The translations under genes and the position numbers were made by a program. DNA of 63,310 nucleotides, filler included, from Lenisia limosa (lineage: Eukaryota; Protista; Breviatea): assembly GCA_001655205.1 (NCBI GenBank). It is 14 parts of 14 records of this genome, joined end to end, with 100 filler letters (N's around TTAATTAATTAA, not from the genome) between each part and the next. Parts side by side here need not be neighbours in the genome. Positions count along the whole stretch, not along the records: positions 40,028 to 46,204 come from LPNZ01011021.1; positions 46,305 to 50,520 come from LPNZ01010984.1; positions 50,621 to 56,327 come from LPNZ01004816.1; 11 more parts are not named here. One strand, 5' to 3'. Positions 40,640 to 53,600 of this stretch are shown here, piece after piece. The notes beneath the pieces were generated by a model. The model ran no database searches and was not told where the DNA came from. It worked only from the letters and a program-made list of their open reading frames with translations. Numbering within the stretch: the first letter of the stretch is position 1; every line of letters begins with the position of its first letter.

Positions 40640-43600
40640 TTATTTGGACTTGAGGGTGGTGGTGGTTTCGACGTCATAGTCCTTGGTGATCATAGCGTGC
40701 CATTCGCCATTGCGCCACATCTAAACGATCAAAGTGACCCTCTGACATGAAGCCAGGTGAATTAGAACGACACCCACCTCAACCCAATCATCGTAGTTTT
40801 CGTGGAAGATGTTTCCATTGTTTCCTAGAAAAATGAACTGGTCGCAGAAGACAGTCAGAATCCCTATAATCAAGTGTAGCTTTCTACCTCTAAACCACCT
40901 ACCAAGAGGCATCATAAAGAGAGAGCTCTCAGGGTCAGCAAGATCAATAACCTGTATTATTAGAAAGCGCTTGTGCTGTCAACTACTTTTCTCTTCTGAT
41001 TGTTAAAAAAAACATAGAACCAAATAAGGCCTCTCACCTGTCTGTATGAAGGAATATGTTGGCCATCCATGGTGTCTGGGTTGTAGGGACTGTCACAGTA
41101 AAAAAAAAAAAAAAAAAACCCAGCAGCAAAACACAAATTCAAGAAATGAAAAGAATACATTACATGTCGATGTATATATATATATATTATATACTATCAC
41201 AAATCAACAACAATTCAGCATATTATAAGATATCAAATATAATCTAATCTACCAGCTTACGATACATTAATGGTGGTGGTGTCGCCACTGTTGCCGATTT
41301 CTCTGTACCACAGGTCCTTGATGAAGGGAACGTTGCCAAAGAGAATGCTCCTAAAAAGATGATCAAGATCCTTGAGTTGACATGATCTCGGCTCCCAAGC
41401 TCACTTGAACATCACCTTGTGGTGGGTGCCCCATGAGTCCCCAGCCTCAGGCGAAAGCGCCTCCTTTTGGAAAACTGATACGTAAATTAACATACTTCAA
41501 AAAAGACATAACAAGCACAACGCTTACTTTCAGCAAAGATTTCGAGACAGCTCCTCTCTTCACGTACGCAGACAGCGTCCTCCATTGTGACAAGAAGGTT
41601 GATCAGGAAGTGGTAATTCTCCCAATGGTCGCCTTGCTCAGCAACAAAGTAATCCAGTACCTGAGACACAAATCTCTCATACACTAAGGTGTTAGCAAGC
41701 CAGCAAGGTTGCGGTATTCATGCGCTACTATTACAGCTGAGGATAGTCTAGATATTCGATACTCTTCACCAGATGCAAAATCTTAACTATAATTTAGGCT
41801 ATCTAATAAAGATGCAACAAATGAGCTGCAGGTAAAAGTAGGCAACACCCTTCTCACGATAGGCCTCAGAAGAGTCTTTGCTAACGATGGCGTCCCACTC
41901 GAGGATCTTCTCCAGCCACTCAACGGCAACATAGTGCTCAACATAAGGCTGCATCTTCTTGAGGGTGGGAAGGACCTCCGCGAACATTGTGCTGGACTGT
42001 TAAACCCAGTCCTTTCCATTGCAAAGAGTGATATTCATCACATTTGAAATAGCAATGTGAGCTTTTAACACACAACCTATTTGACCCACTTTTTGATGTC
42101 GAGGATCATTTCCTCCATATCAGCCCGGGTGATTGGCTCCGCGCCGGCAGCTATAAATTGTCAAATATTGCAGGGGGTGGGGGGTAAAATGGGAAACAAC
42201 TTTTGCCAGAAAATTACTCTATTGTTTCCAGGAATATTATTGGAAAAGTGGGAAAATCCAGACTCAAATGTTTTCCATTCGAAATCCCCCTCTTTTTTTT
42301 CACCGTGACTGTAATCTTATTTTTTGGCCAGAAAACTCCTTGTAAAAAAAGCAAAAAAAAAAACAACTCCCAAGAAAAAAAAACTCGGGGTTTTGAATGA
42401 AGTGGGTGGATCCATTAGTGAGCTTTTCCATGATCAACTGATCTTTTCCTTGGATCGTCACCAAAACAACAAGACAAAATCTCTTTTAGAGTGAATACGC
42501 TCCTATATTGAATTGAGAAATAGAGTAACGTAGTTTTCCAAGCGAATTCAGTTAATTCCACCCGATTAGATTTCTTATATGAAAATTTATGAAACAAAAA
42601 AAGGCCAAAATCAATTCTGTTGGGAAAACACGATTTGATAACAACAAAACAAACAAAGCTAAGGCCAGTCGATTCTGCGGCACCGCATCGGGGTGGAAAG
42701 GGGGCTATGTATCATTTCAATATCTAGGCAGCGGTCCTACCAGTCTTGGCATCAAGAATTTCTTCAATTCGAGTGGCACGATACTTAGGCTGCATATCCC
42801 GGGTTTGGGACAAGTCGTTACCAACACTGATGGTGTGAGGATTATGAGCCCAGATCGAAGTTCGAAGTAGCAGCATTAATATGGGTCGATTAGGGCCACA
42901 ATTCATTTTAACAAGAACAGTCATATTCGGTAAAGAAGCGAGGGACAGAAATTGAATGAATATTCAGAGCCCCAAGGTCACCTAGCAGGAAGGTGACGGT
43001 TGTTGGCAGAGTAGACGTAGGGTGCGTTGATCTAAGTGGATCAGTCTTAGCTGGGGAAGAGCGAAATATCACAGCAGTTTTGGAAAGAAATTGTTACCAG
43101 TATAAAAATACACGAAAGGCACTGGGTCAAACGATTGAAAAAGACACAGCACTTGATAAAAACCTTTGTCTAAGCGGAAAGCTCCCAGCAAACCTTACGG
43201 GGGTTGGCGTCCATGTCCATGTAGCCGAGCCAGTCATGAGTTCCATCACCTTTGGCGGAATTAGTCCTTCAATTCAAGCACAGTATTCCTATTTCAATAC
43301 AATCACTTCTTTCACTCCAGGCATACCAGTAGTGGGCATATCACCTTCGTGTCCGGGAACTCGTTGAGGCATACGGCCAGTAGCTGAACAGTAAGATACT
43401 TGAGTATGTGGGGGGGGGGGGNNNNNNNNNNNNNNNNNNNNNNNNNNNNNNNNNNNNNNNNNNNNNNNNNNNNNNNNNNNNNNNNNNNNNNNNNNNNNNN
43501 NNNNNNNNNNNNNNNNNNNNNNNNNNNNNNNNNNNNNNNNNNNNNNNNNNNNNNNNNNNNNNNNNNNNNNNNNNNNNNNNNNNNNTCTGAATTGAAGGTT

Positions 43601-46150
43601 AATGATCTTCTTGATGTGACTCTCGAATTCACTCATGTTTTTGGAGGATGCAATATCAAGGATGCCGTCGTATGATGTATCACAAACGTCGTCGAAAGCA
43701 GGCCATCTAGTACGTTAATATATGATATTATATGGAATGATGAGTGGCAAAATATGAATAGTGATGAGTATGCAGTCGAGTGTGTGAATTGTGTTACCAA
43801 TAAACAATAAATAATAATGAAAGAAACCACATTTGTTGCAAGAAAAATCCTTATCATATGAGATATCAAGAATATTCGGGTACAAGTAATTGAAATGAAG
43901 TGAGGAGGAAGCCAGACCTGAGGGCCAGCTTGTGCTTCTCATCAGTCGGCATGATTTCATCAAGGACCTCGAGCCGCTCAAGAAGAGGACCGTGAACAGT
44001 CTGGAACACAGCTGGGGGNNNNNNNNNNNNNNNNNNNNNNNNNNNNNNNNNNNNNNNNNNNNNNNNNNNNNNNNNNNNNNNNNNNNNNNNNNNNNNNNNN
44101 NNNNNNNNNNNNNNNNNNNNNNNNNNNNNNNNNNNNNNNNNNNNNNNNNACATTGAAGAAAAGACCATAACCCCAGCTTACTGAAATCAACATCGTCATC
44201 GCCCTTCACTTCAATGGTGTACGGGATGCTCCAGTAGTACTTGTCTTGTCCGTTATGGCGGTAGGTTCCAGGCTATTTAAATGAGACTTGATAAACTCCG
44301 AGTCCAATAACCCGTCAAGGTTAAAAAGAATACCAAAATAGGGGATTGGACTTGAAAAAGCATAGAATTCAATTGCTCACCGTTTCACCATCCTCGATAA
44401 CATAGATGTCAGTCATATCAACGAGAGTCAGGGTCACACCCCAGGCAACGTGGTTGTTGCGTCCCTAGGTTGTTTAGAAAAAGTCAGGCAAAGTACTATA
44501 TACTCTTTCATCTATCAATAACTAATCATAGTGCTTGGACCTACAAGAAGAATACTGGGGGCTCCGGCGATGCTAGCGCCAATGGCGTTGAAGTCTAAAC
44601 ATTTACGGTCACAAAATGAATTGAATGGATGAAAATCTGGGCTTCCCTACGACTGATTATTTATTGATATGATATATACTAGTATATATCATATATTATA
44701 TCATATGTACTTCGTAGAGATATATGATTTCTATTGAGGATATACAATAGAAACCTGTTTGGTGGATAGGTTACATGAATATATATAAAGATGAAGATGG
44801 CAGTATTATCATGTTCATCAATGAAGTTATGCAACTGTTAGATCTGACAAAGCCGCCATACCCTCTTTGGTGGCCTTGATGTTGGCAAGGTACCAGATCC
44901 AGGGGGCTCCACCGGTGAGATGCGGGTCATTACAGAGTAGTGGCTTGCCGGTGCTGGTCTTAGAGCCGTGGATAGCCCTGGAAGGTGTAAGAAAATTCAG
45001 GAAAAAATATCGCATTTGTTTGTATCGGTTAGCCTTTCAAGTTGTCTTTTCCCAAATTCTAAATATCGTGTTCTCAATTCGGAAGTAGTCTTCTCTATTT
45101 AATTACATCTTACACTATATGGTAGACGGCCACGATTTGCCTACCAGTTGTTAGAACCCATCACAGCGTCACGGGAGGTGATACGCTTGATAAACTCGCG
45201 AGCAATACTTTTCTTCTCTGACATGCTAGAGGATAAAATAAAAACTGAAAAAACAGCATCATGAAAAGTCAGAAGGGATTTAGATGCAATACCTCTTCTC
45301 GTTGACGGCAAACAACTCATTAATGAACTCGAAAGAAGACTTGGGTCCAGGAGTCGCACCTGTGTGATCAATAAAAAGGACAATAAACAATGGACTATCC
45401 TTGAGCTTATTTTGACGTACCGAAGGGAGCATTGAGGGGACCTTGTGTGCCATTGAATTCAGCACTTCCAAACAACTGTGTACCAGTCACGTCTGCTTCC
45501 TTCAGAATTGTGGGTCCATCCTACATTTCTGTCAACCTGGGTTGTTGGAAAGGACCGAGGTGAAGAATGATTCAGCTGTTTCTTATAATCAGTGAACACA
45601 ACTGCATAAATATTCCATCTCAATTGCTTAATGTATCAAGAAGCCATTGTTTCCGCCTTACATCGGGATAGGAGGGAGAAAACTCACGAAGGCGCTCAGG
45701 GGAAACGTTTTCTTCAAGCATGGACTAAATCATGACATGGGATATCATAAATAAATCACTTGGGTCATAAAAAACAAAATATGAGAGTAATATTTGATTA
45801 TAATATAATACTAAGTATTAGCAATATCATTTCAAAAAAACCATTCGGACTGAGGTAAAGATTCACAAAGCATGCCAACTGGTCCATTCAAAATCCAAAA
45901 TGACTCAGCCATACCTTGAAACGAGCCAGCTCTCTGTACCAGTTGCTGGCCATTTGGAAAGACTAAAAATAAAAATACCTTCGAATTGTGTGACAAAGCC
46001 CCATTGAATTTGAGTAATAAAAATAACATGTCAACCGTCAAAAAAGCGCACGATAACAGGTACTTCAGAGCAAATACCCCCATCATCACAAAAAGAGGGC
46101 ACCCAACAAACCACAAAGTGACCGAGCGCGAGAGAGTCCTGGATGATTAA
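40640..46150 (-). CDS. Penicillin acylase / AHL-acylase family Ntn hydrolase (peptidase S45), more than 20 exons, 5' end cut
   Basis: Spliced product contains DSLALG, ASNWYRELAR, YPDDGPTI, G-SNNWAIHGSKTSTGKPLLCNDPHL, GRNNHVAWGVT, TVHGP, ALRW, SANNR, YRATRIEEIL, EWDAIV, WGTHH, SYRQVIDL and GNNGNIFHENYDD. Stop TAA at 40640-40642. Confidence 0.9.
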
Positions 46151-46304
46151 AAGGCCAAACGTAAAGGATCACCCCCCAGAAATACCCCCTGTTAAGAAGA
46201 GAGTNNNNNNNNNNNNNNNNNNNNNNNNNNNNNNNNNNNNNNNNNNNNTTAATTAATTAANNNNNNNNNNNNNNNNNNNNNNNNNNNNNNNNNNNNNNNN
46301 NNNN

Positions 46305-49300
46305 ATACGGGGCAAGGATGTATGGGGTATGGAGTGAGAATTAGGGAAGTGGACAGTAGCCTCCTTGCTCCTCGAACCTTGGCAGCCTCAGTAGCATTTC
46401 CCTCAGCCTCGGCTAGTAACAGTTCGGCATGGTCAAGCTCGTGTTGAGACCTACATGGGGGGTTAAGATGGTGTTGGGACCTACAGGAGGAAAGGATATT
46501 TAGAAATTAGTTATACAAAAGGGAGTATCTGGCCAAAACCGTCAACAGTATCACGATTATTTAACTCTATAAATATAACTACTCAACCATAAATGTTGTT
46601 TTTTTGATAAAAAAAAAAAATAACGCACTTTGGATTATTTCTGATATCCCTAGTTTTTTTATTAAATGAGTTAAATAAATGAGCATTCCAGCCCCAAAGT
46701 AACCTTGCGAGTGCCTGCTTGGCCACGTCAGCGCTGGTCCACGCGGAAACGGCATCCTTCCGCACCGCAACCAATTCGGACCGAAGATGCGACACTTCTG
46801 CGGAAAGAATGGCTACCTNNNNNNNNNNNNNNNNNNNNNNNNNNNNNNNNNNNNNNNNNNNNNNNNNNNNNNNNNNNNNNNNNNNNNNNNNNNNNNNNNN
46901 NNNNNNNNNNNNNNTGGTGAGCAAGGAAGTTATTATTTAAGGTATTAACTTGTCTCATACTCCCGAGTCAAACACATTGCAATCACATAACCACCTTTAG
47001 AATCCGCTGATACAAATTGCCAACCCCATTCTCCAATAACCGCCAACCTGAGCCTTGCTCTGGGCCGACGCCACTATCCTGCCCTCTACGGACAAAACAG
47101 CCGCTCTCATGCGAGCTATCTTCTCCACAGTTAGACCCGAGAGCTCTGTTGCCGACAGAGGCTGGGTCTGCAAGAGCTTCGAGCCTGGTTTGTTAATGGA
47201 GATTGTTTAATCGCTCCGGGTATGCCCCCCCCCCCTCTAACCAACACGGAATAAGTATTATATCATACGTCTATCTCTCACACAAAATGACCACCCACCA
47301 ATACTCGAGGACAAGGATCCCGAGATCTGGCTTTGTCTCAGGATATCGTCCACAACGGACACGTCATCAGCTACGGCCGCGCGAGGCTGCATAAGATAGC
47401 TTGAAGTCAGGTCCGGTTCGTCTTGATTGCGAGGGGTGGCCGGGGCAAGGTCATCCAGTTGAGCCGTTTTGGGAGTTTCTTTTTCGGGAAGGCAGTCGAG
47501 GGCGGCGGCTAGTTCCTCTTCTCTTTCAACGATCAGAGATCTTGTCGCTTCCAGCTCCACCTGTTTAGGAATTAGTTAAAAAAGATAACGAAGTCAAATT
47601 CTACGAAGAAAAGTTGCCGTTTTTTTGCTGAGAAAGTGTTCAACCCTCAACAACTGCTCCCTCGTATGGTAATTTGCTATGTTCCTAGATTTCTAATGTA
47701 GTATCAGACAAAATTAAACAAACACCCGCATAGGCGACCTGTTTGGCGGAAAGGTCAGCCTGGAGTCTTGACATCTCAATGCGATGGCCCTCATTTTTGG
47801 CGTTGAGCGTGCTGCGTAATAGGCCAAGTTCGTCCTCGGCTTGCTTCAACTGCGGGTGGGTGGGTGAGTAAAATTGGAAAATTTATGAAACAAATAAAGC
47901 CAAAAATCAACTCTGTTGGCTAGCAACACAAGATGGTTGATAACAACANNNNNNNNNNNNNNNNNNNNNNNNNNNNNNNNNNNNNNNNNNNNNNNNNNNN
48001 NNNNNNNNNNNNNNNNNNNNNNNNNNNNNNNNNNNNNNNNNNNNNNNNNNNNNNNGAGAATAATAGCTAGGGCATTGGAAATTACTACAAGCTCCAAATA
48101 TAAATTCAAAACCTCAGAGTTGTCTTCTGATATTGCAAGTTGTATATACAGCCACAACCCATGAAACAGCACTCTCAATTCCGACCTTAGCGGCATAAGA
48201 GGAAGTGATTGTGAGTGCAGCTTGGTGTGCATCATGGCTTGCGTACACCTCTGACTTGAGACGCTGAATCTCAGACGCCAACTGGGGAGGGGGGTAAAAA
48301 TGGATGTTTTGTTAAACGAAATACAGTATAATAGACACCAAACCAAATGAAGGAGTCACCCTCCCCCCCACCTCTGCCTTGCCAGTAGCCTCACTGGAGA
48401 TTGCACTCAAAACGGCCTCCGTTCTCGCTTGATGGGATGTTGACTCCTGCAGTTCATGAATTAATTATTTCTGTTTTTAAACTGTTAAAAAGAGTTTGAA
48501 ATTTCGTTCTCGATACAGTATGTCCCATCAAACTGTAACATTAATTGCTCAATTAAGTTAGAACCTATTATTTCGTACCAGCTGAGTCTGTGTGAGCAAC
48601 GCCTGATGTCGGAATATCTGGAAATGTCAAAATGCAACAGGATAAGCCTATAGTGAATGTTTGCAATTTATGCCCTCACACCTCTTCCTCCAAGGCGACG
48701 CATCGCGCAGTCAACCGGTCAGTCATAAGCTGCAAACTCTCAGAATCGTCTTGCTGAATTGCCGAGATGCTGTCGCCAAACTGCTTGTCTGGAGGTGGTA
48801 ATGTTAAACTATTCATTAAACCAAAATGGTTATTTTTACCCAAATTAAAGGAGTTGTGGATTAGTTCAGAAAAGACAGTGAATCTGGTTTGGAGACCCGT
48901 TTAATATAGAGCTCCAAACCTTCTTTATTTGGCAAGTCCTCAAGGGAGATGTTGCCATTTTTGTTCTTCTTTTGCGTCTGAAAAGATAAAACATGATTAA
49001 CATGATTAACATGATGCAGAAATGACAAATAAAACAAAATTGTATCAGGCTGCTGAAGCCGGCCACACCATCACCAATTTTATAGGAGATATTGGATCGG
49101 AATTCAAAGTACAATGACACCAGGAGCTTACATTTGAAGTTTTTGCCTTTGACTTGGTTTTTGAGCTGTTTTGTTTCGAAGAACTTTCCTACTATGGTAA
49201 GTAGATGTTATTTTTTGAAGAAAAATGAGAACCAACAATGATATGGGATGCCATCATCACGTATAACATCGCTCAGACCTCTCCCCTAATACGACGATGA

Positions 49301-50520
49301 GACACCATGTTTCACACATCTCTTTACCTCCCCCCCCCCCTATCACTTGCCGTATCATCACCCCATTATACACGGGGGGGGGGGGGGGNNNNNNNNNNNN
49401 NNNNNNNNNNNNNNNNNNNNNNNNNNNNNNNNNNNNNNNNNNNNNNNNNNNNNNNNNNNNNNNNNNNNNNNNNNNNNNNNNNGTCCTCAATACGGGCGGC
49501 CATTCGAGAGATAAGTCCGGGCCGGGCGGCTGGTGGTGAGTGATTATTAGCGTGTTAAGGGGTAAGGGTAGGATTTCACTTCGGTTCAAAAAAATTATCG
49601 ATAGTTTTCAAGGATTTATCGAAATATTCAGCCTTTTTTCGAACCGAAGTGAAGCTATAGGTGAGGAGTAAAAATGATAATATTCTGAAACAAAAAAAAA
49701 AGCCCAACCATCAACTCCGCTTACCAAATGCATCCCGGCCCGAGCTTTCACCGAGCTCCACGAGTTTGGCCTCCGTCGTGACCAGTCTATTTCTAAGTTC
49801 GGCACAATCGTCTTCACTCGACTTGAGTCGGGCTGAAATGTAGGCGGCGTGGGCCTGGAGGGGGGATAAAAACGAAGGAAATTTCGATGTAGAATATTGT
49901 CGTAAAGGTACTATTATAATTGAGAAATTTATGAAACAAATGTTANNNNNNNNNNNNNNNNNNNNNNNNNNNNNNNNNNNNNNNNNNNNNNNNNNNNNNN
50001 NNNNNNNNNNNNNNNAGACGCCCGGCTTCTAAAGCTAATTCGGCAACTTCCTTATGGGGACGGGACTGGTTGGAGAGGCGACGAATGGCTGCCTATTATG
50101 GTAAGTAAGGATGCCTAGAGTAAGTACCTATGCTAATATGGTAGTAAGGACGCATTTGGTACATAGTCTTGCCTTATATTGTAAGAAAAGACTCTTTCTT
50201 CTCAAACACTTGATTCACACGTATTAACACCATCTTTTTTTTGTAAAAAAAAAATAATAGGGAAGAAAAAAAACTGTCTGCACTTTATGGATAGAAATGG
50301 CAAACTCCGCCACCTCTAGGTTGGCTATTTTGACATTGGACACGGTTTTGGCTCGATCATCGGCGCTCTTTTTCCGCGACTCTTCGATTTTGACCTTCTT
50401 TTGAAGTACCTGTTTAGTCAACACAGATGTGAACATCAATATTACGTATTGCATGCCCCACCCCAAAACAATAACCCTCTTTCTCTCTCTAAGGCGATTC
50501 CCACAACCCCAACTTCGATT
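46305..50520 (-). CDS. Long coiled-coil protein, many exons (partial)
   Basis: Consecutive minus-strand exons rich in E/K/L/A/Q heptads, e.g. LKQAEDELGLLRSTLNAKNEGHRIEMSRLQADLSAKQ and LASEIQRLKSEVYASHDAHQ. No family recognised. Confidence 0.55.
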
Positions 50521-50689
50521 NNNNNNNNNNNNNNNNNNNNNNNNNNNNNNNNNNNNNNNNNNNNTTAATTAATTAANNNNNNNNNNNNNNNNNNNNNNNN
50601 NNNNNNNNNNNNNNNNNNNNGGGGGGGGGGGAATATCGAATAGTATAGTATACTAGTATATATAAATCTATTAGAATCCCTTCGGAAAC

Positions 50690-53600
50690 CCCCATACATG
50701 AAAACGTGTCATTGGCCTTGGACTTCTTATCTGAAGTAGCGACACCTTCCACGCCGTCACCAAGCATGTTGGCAATCTCTTCCAACTGGGGGGATGGGGG
50801 GGAGTAAAACGAGGGAAATTTAGATGACGAATATTGGCGTAAAGGTACGAATCACGAACCGAATAATCTAACAAACACGAGCAACCAAGGTTAAAACTAG
50901 ACAAAAGTCCTACCACCATGCAAAATAAAGTTTATGACACACAGAACCCCCAGAATCAAATATGTTGGCTAAATCTATGAGATACGGTTGAAAACAAAAC
51001 AAATCTCATTGGGCGGGAAGAGGGTAATAGAGTCCAATATTTGCATGGGGGGGGGGGGGGGNNNNNNNNNNNNNNNNNNNNNNNNNNNNNNNNNNNNNNN
51101 NNNNNNNNNNNNNNNNNNNNNNNNNNNNNNNNNNNNNNNNNNNNNNNNNNNNNNNNNNNNNNNNNNNNNNNNNNNNNNNNNNNNNNNNNNNTTTGACCAT
51201 AATTAATGGATTCGGTGTTCGGTTAAGATTACGTAATGAATCTGGTTTGGAGATCTGCTTTAAATGATTCGTTAATACAGCTCGACCCCCCTCACAAGTT
51301 GTCGATCACTGAGGTGCTCCTGAAGCCTATTGATGGATAGGGCTACAAAGGGTCAATTGCAGCAAGTGCTAAAAGTAGTCCTGAAAAGAAACAAAACAAT
51401 ATGTACTGATTATAATAGGTATTCTAACCCAATTGACATGTGGCAATTAAATGCAAGACAGTGGATAAAGCAGAATATCATGAGTGTTGAAAGTGGCAAA
51501 TCAGTCATGTTTCACTTCCGGTACAAAATTGGCCAGTTCACGATTGCGGCTGCCCAATTTTGCAACATAAGTTTTTATAATTTACTCCAACAAAGTTGAT
51601 TGGCTTCTCTCTTCCTTATTTCTTGATAGCTATCAAGTATATAGAATCAATATTCGCCAGAACTTCATCGATTAATTCGGTTTTCTGAGGATCCGATATT
51701 AAAATTACCCCCGCCGCCGCCGTCATTCAATTCCATTAAAATTACTTAAAGTTTCAGATTATTCGGTTCGTCATTAGTACATTTACGCCAATATTCTTCA
51801 TCAAAAATTCCTTCGTTTTACCCCCCCCCCCACATTCAATTTCACCGAGCCTGGCCTCAAGGAAGCAGTCCATGATTCTGAGTGCTCGATTCTGGGGGTC
51901 CCTATACCGCACTGCCTCCAACGCCTGATTCAGTCAGTTTGTAAAGCAGGTCTCATTTATTTATTAAAAAAGAAAAGAAAAAGAAGGAATAAGCCCCATA
52001 TCCCACTTCGTGCAAAGCGTCTCGGGAATCATGGTCAAAAAACGCGATATAGGCCCGGAGGAAGTGCAGACTTCCTGACTTGAGTCCGATAGGCGTGCGG
52101 CACTGCATCGTCAGCTCATCTAGCCGGGCTGGGGNNNNNNNNNNNNNNNNNNNNNNNNNNNNNNNNNNNNNNNNNNNNNNNNNNNNNNNNNNNNNNNNNN
52201 NNNNNNNNNNNNNNNNNNNNNNNNNNNNNNNNNNNNNNNNNNNNNNNNNNNNNNNNNNNNNNNNNNNNNNNNNNNNNNNNNNNNNNNNNNNNNNNNNNNN
52301 NNNNNNNNNNNNNNNNNNNNNNNNNNNNNNNNNNNNNNNNNNNNNNNNNNNNNNNNNNNNNNNNNNNNNNNNNNNNNNNNNNNNNNNNNNNNNNNNNNNN
52401 NNNNNNNNNNNNNNNNNNNNNNNNNNNNNNNNNNNNNNNNNNNNNTCAGGCAGGGCAACGAATAGTTAACAGAGTGAATACAACTGAGAAACTGAATTGA
52501 GCTGACAAAACACCTACCGTCGTATCCCGGGAGGTTTATGATGTCGGAAGGGAACGCAAGTGCTTCGGGACAGCGTTCTAGGCCGACGGTGACGCATTGG
52601 GAAGCTTCCTGTTATGGTAAGTGGGGATCAAACTTCTGATCCTTAGGCAAGTTTCGTTAACTAACAACTTTCTATTCAATTGGCCATTTTGAAACAGTCC
52701 TTCCGAACTACAGTACATATTAACCCCTGAGCTGATGCCTCATTTCAGATGATGCCTCATTTCAGATGATGCCTCATTTCAGATGATGCCTCATTTCAGA
52801 TGATTCATGTTTTCTCACCTCAAAGCGGCCTTGAAGGAAGAGTGCTAGAACAGTGAAAGCACAATAACAATCTCAAATATCAGGATTGTCACAGCCCCTC
52901 CTCAAATGGACAAAATCATATACAACATATCATATACATCGGTATATCATATATCTATATATATATCTATATCATATATATAACATCACAACAAAACCCG
53001 CAAACAAGCCCCAAGCCCGAGAGGGGCTCGACGAACACGTCTGTCCACTTCTGTTGTCACCTAAATTGGTCAGTCATAACAAAACACATCGTAGTATCTA
53101 GCTATACTATAATTCCCCTATTATGGTTTCTGCAATTTTGCGACTGGTTTGACAAAGCGTTCCGCATTAAATGATCAATATAACATAACTTATCATACAT
53201 TAGTTAAATATCACTTAATAATGTTGATCTTCCATACCCCCCACTTTATCCCCCGTAATTCCAGCCAGTCGAGCTGTGGCTTCTCTAAAGGGTCGCTCAG
53301 CTATCTGAGCTTGGTCTCCCTGGAAATTCGTCAAAGCTTGGTCACCCACAATCGAATCTTAAATATACTTACAACACATCCACTAATACCTTTAAAACAC
53401 TCAACAACACATTCTGTCATCACACATTACATTAAGACGCCCAACAAAACCTTCAACAAGTCGTCTCCGATCAGGACAAGACGCACACAACGGCTCTGTT
53501 CGGCCTCGAACTCGCAATTAACTCGCTCAAAGGCATATGCTAAACTGTGGTACCTTTCTTTTGCACGCGAGCTTGACTGGTGGTGGTGGGGGGTGAAAAT

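Noticed and set aside
52733-52804. Tandem repeats (also 17611-17661 and 33503-33557) as a CRISPR array
   Set aside because: Repeats are head-to-tail with no unique spacers, lie in eukaryotic introns, and there are no cas genes.
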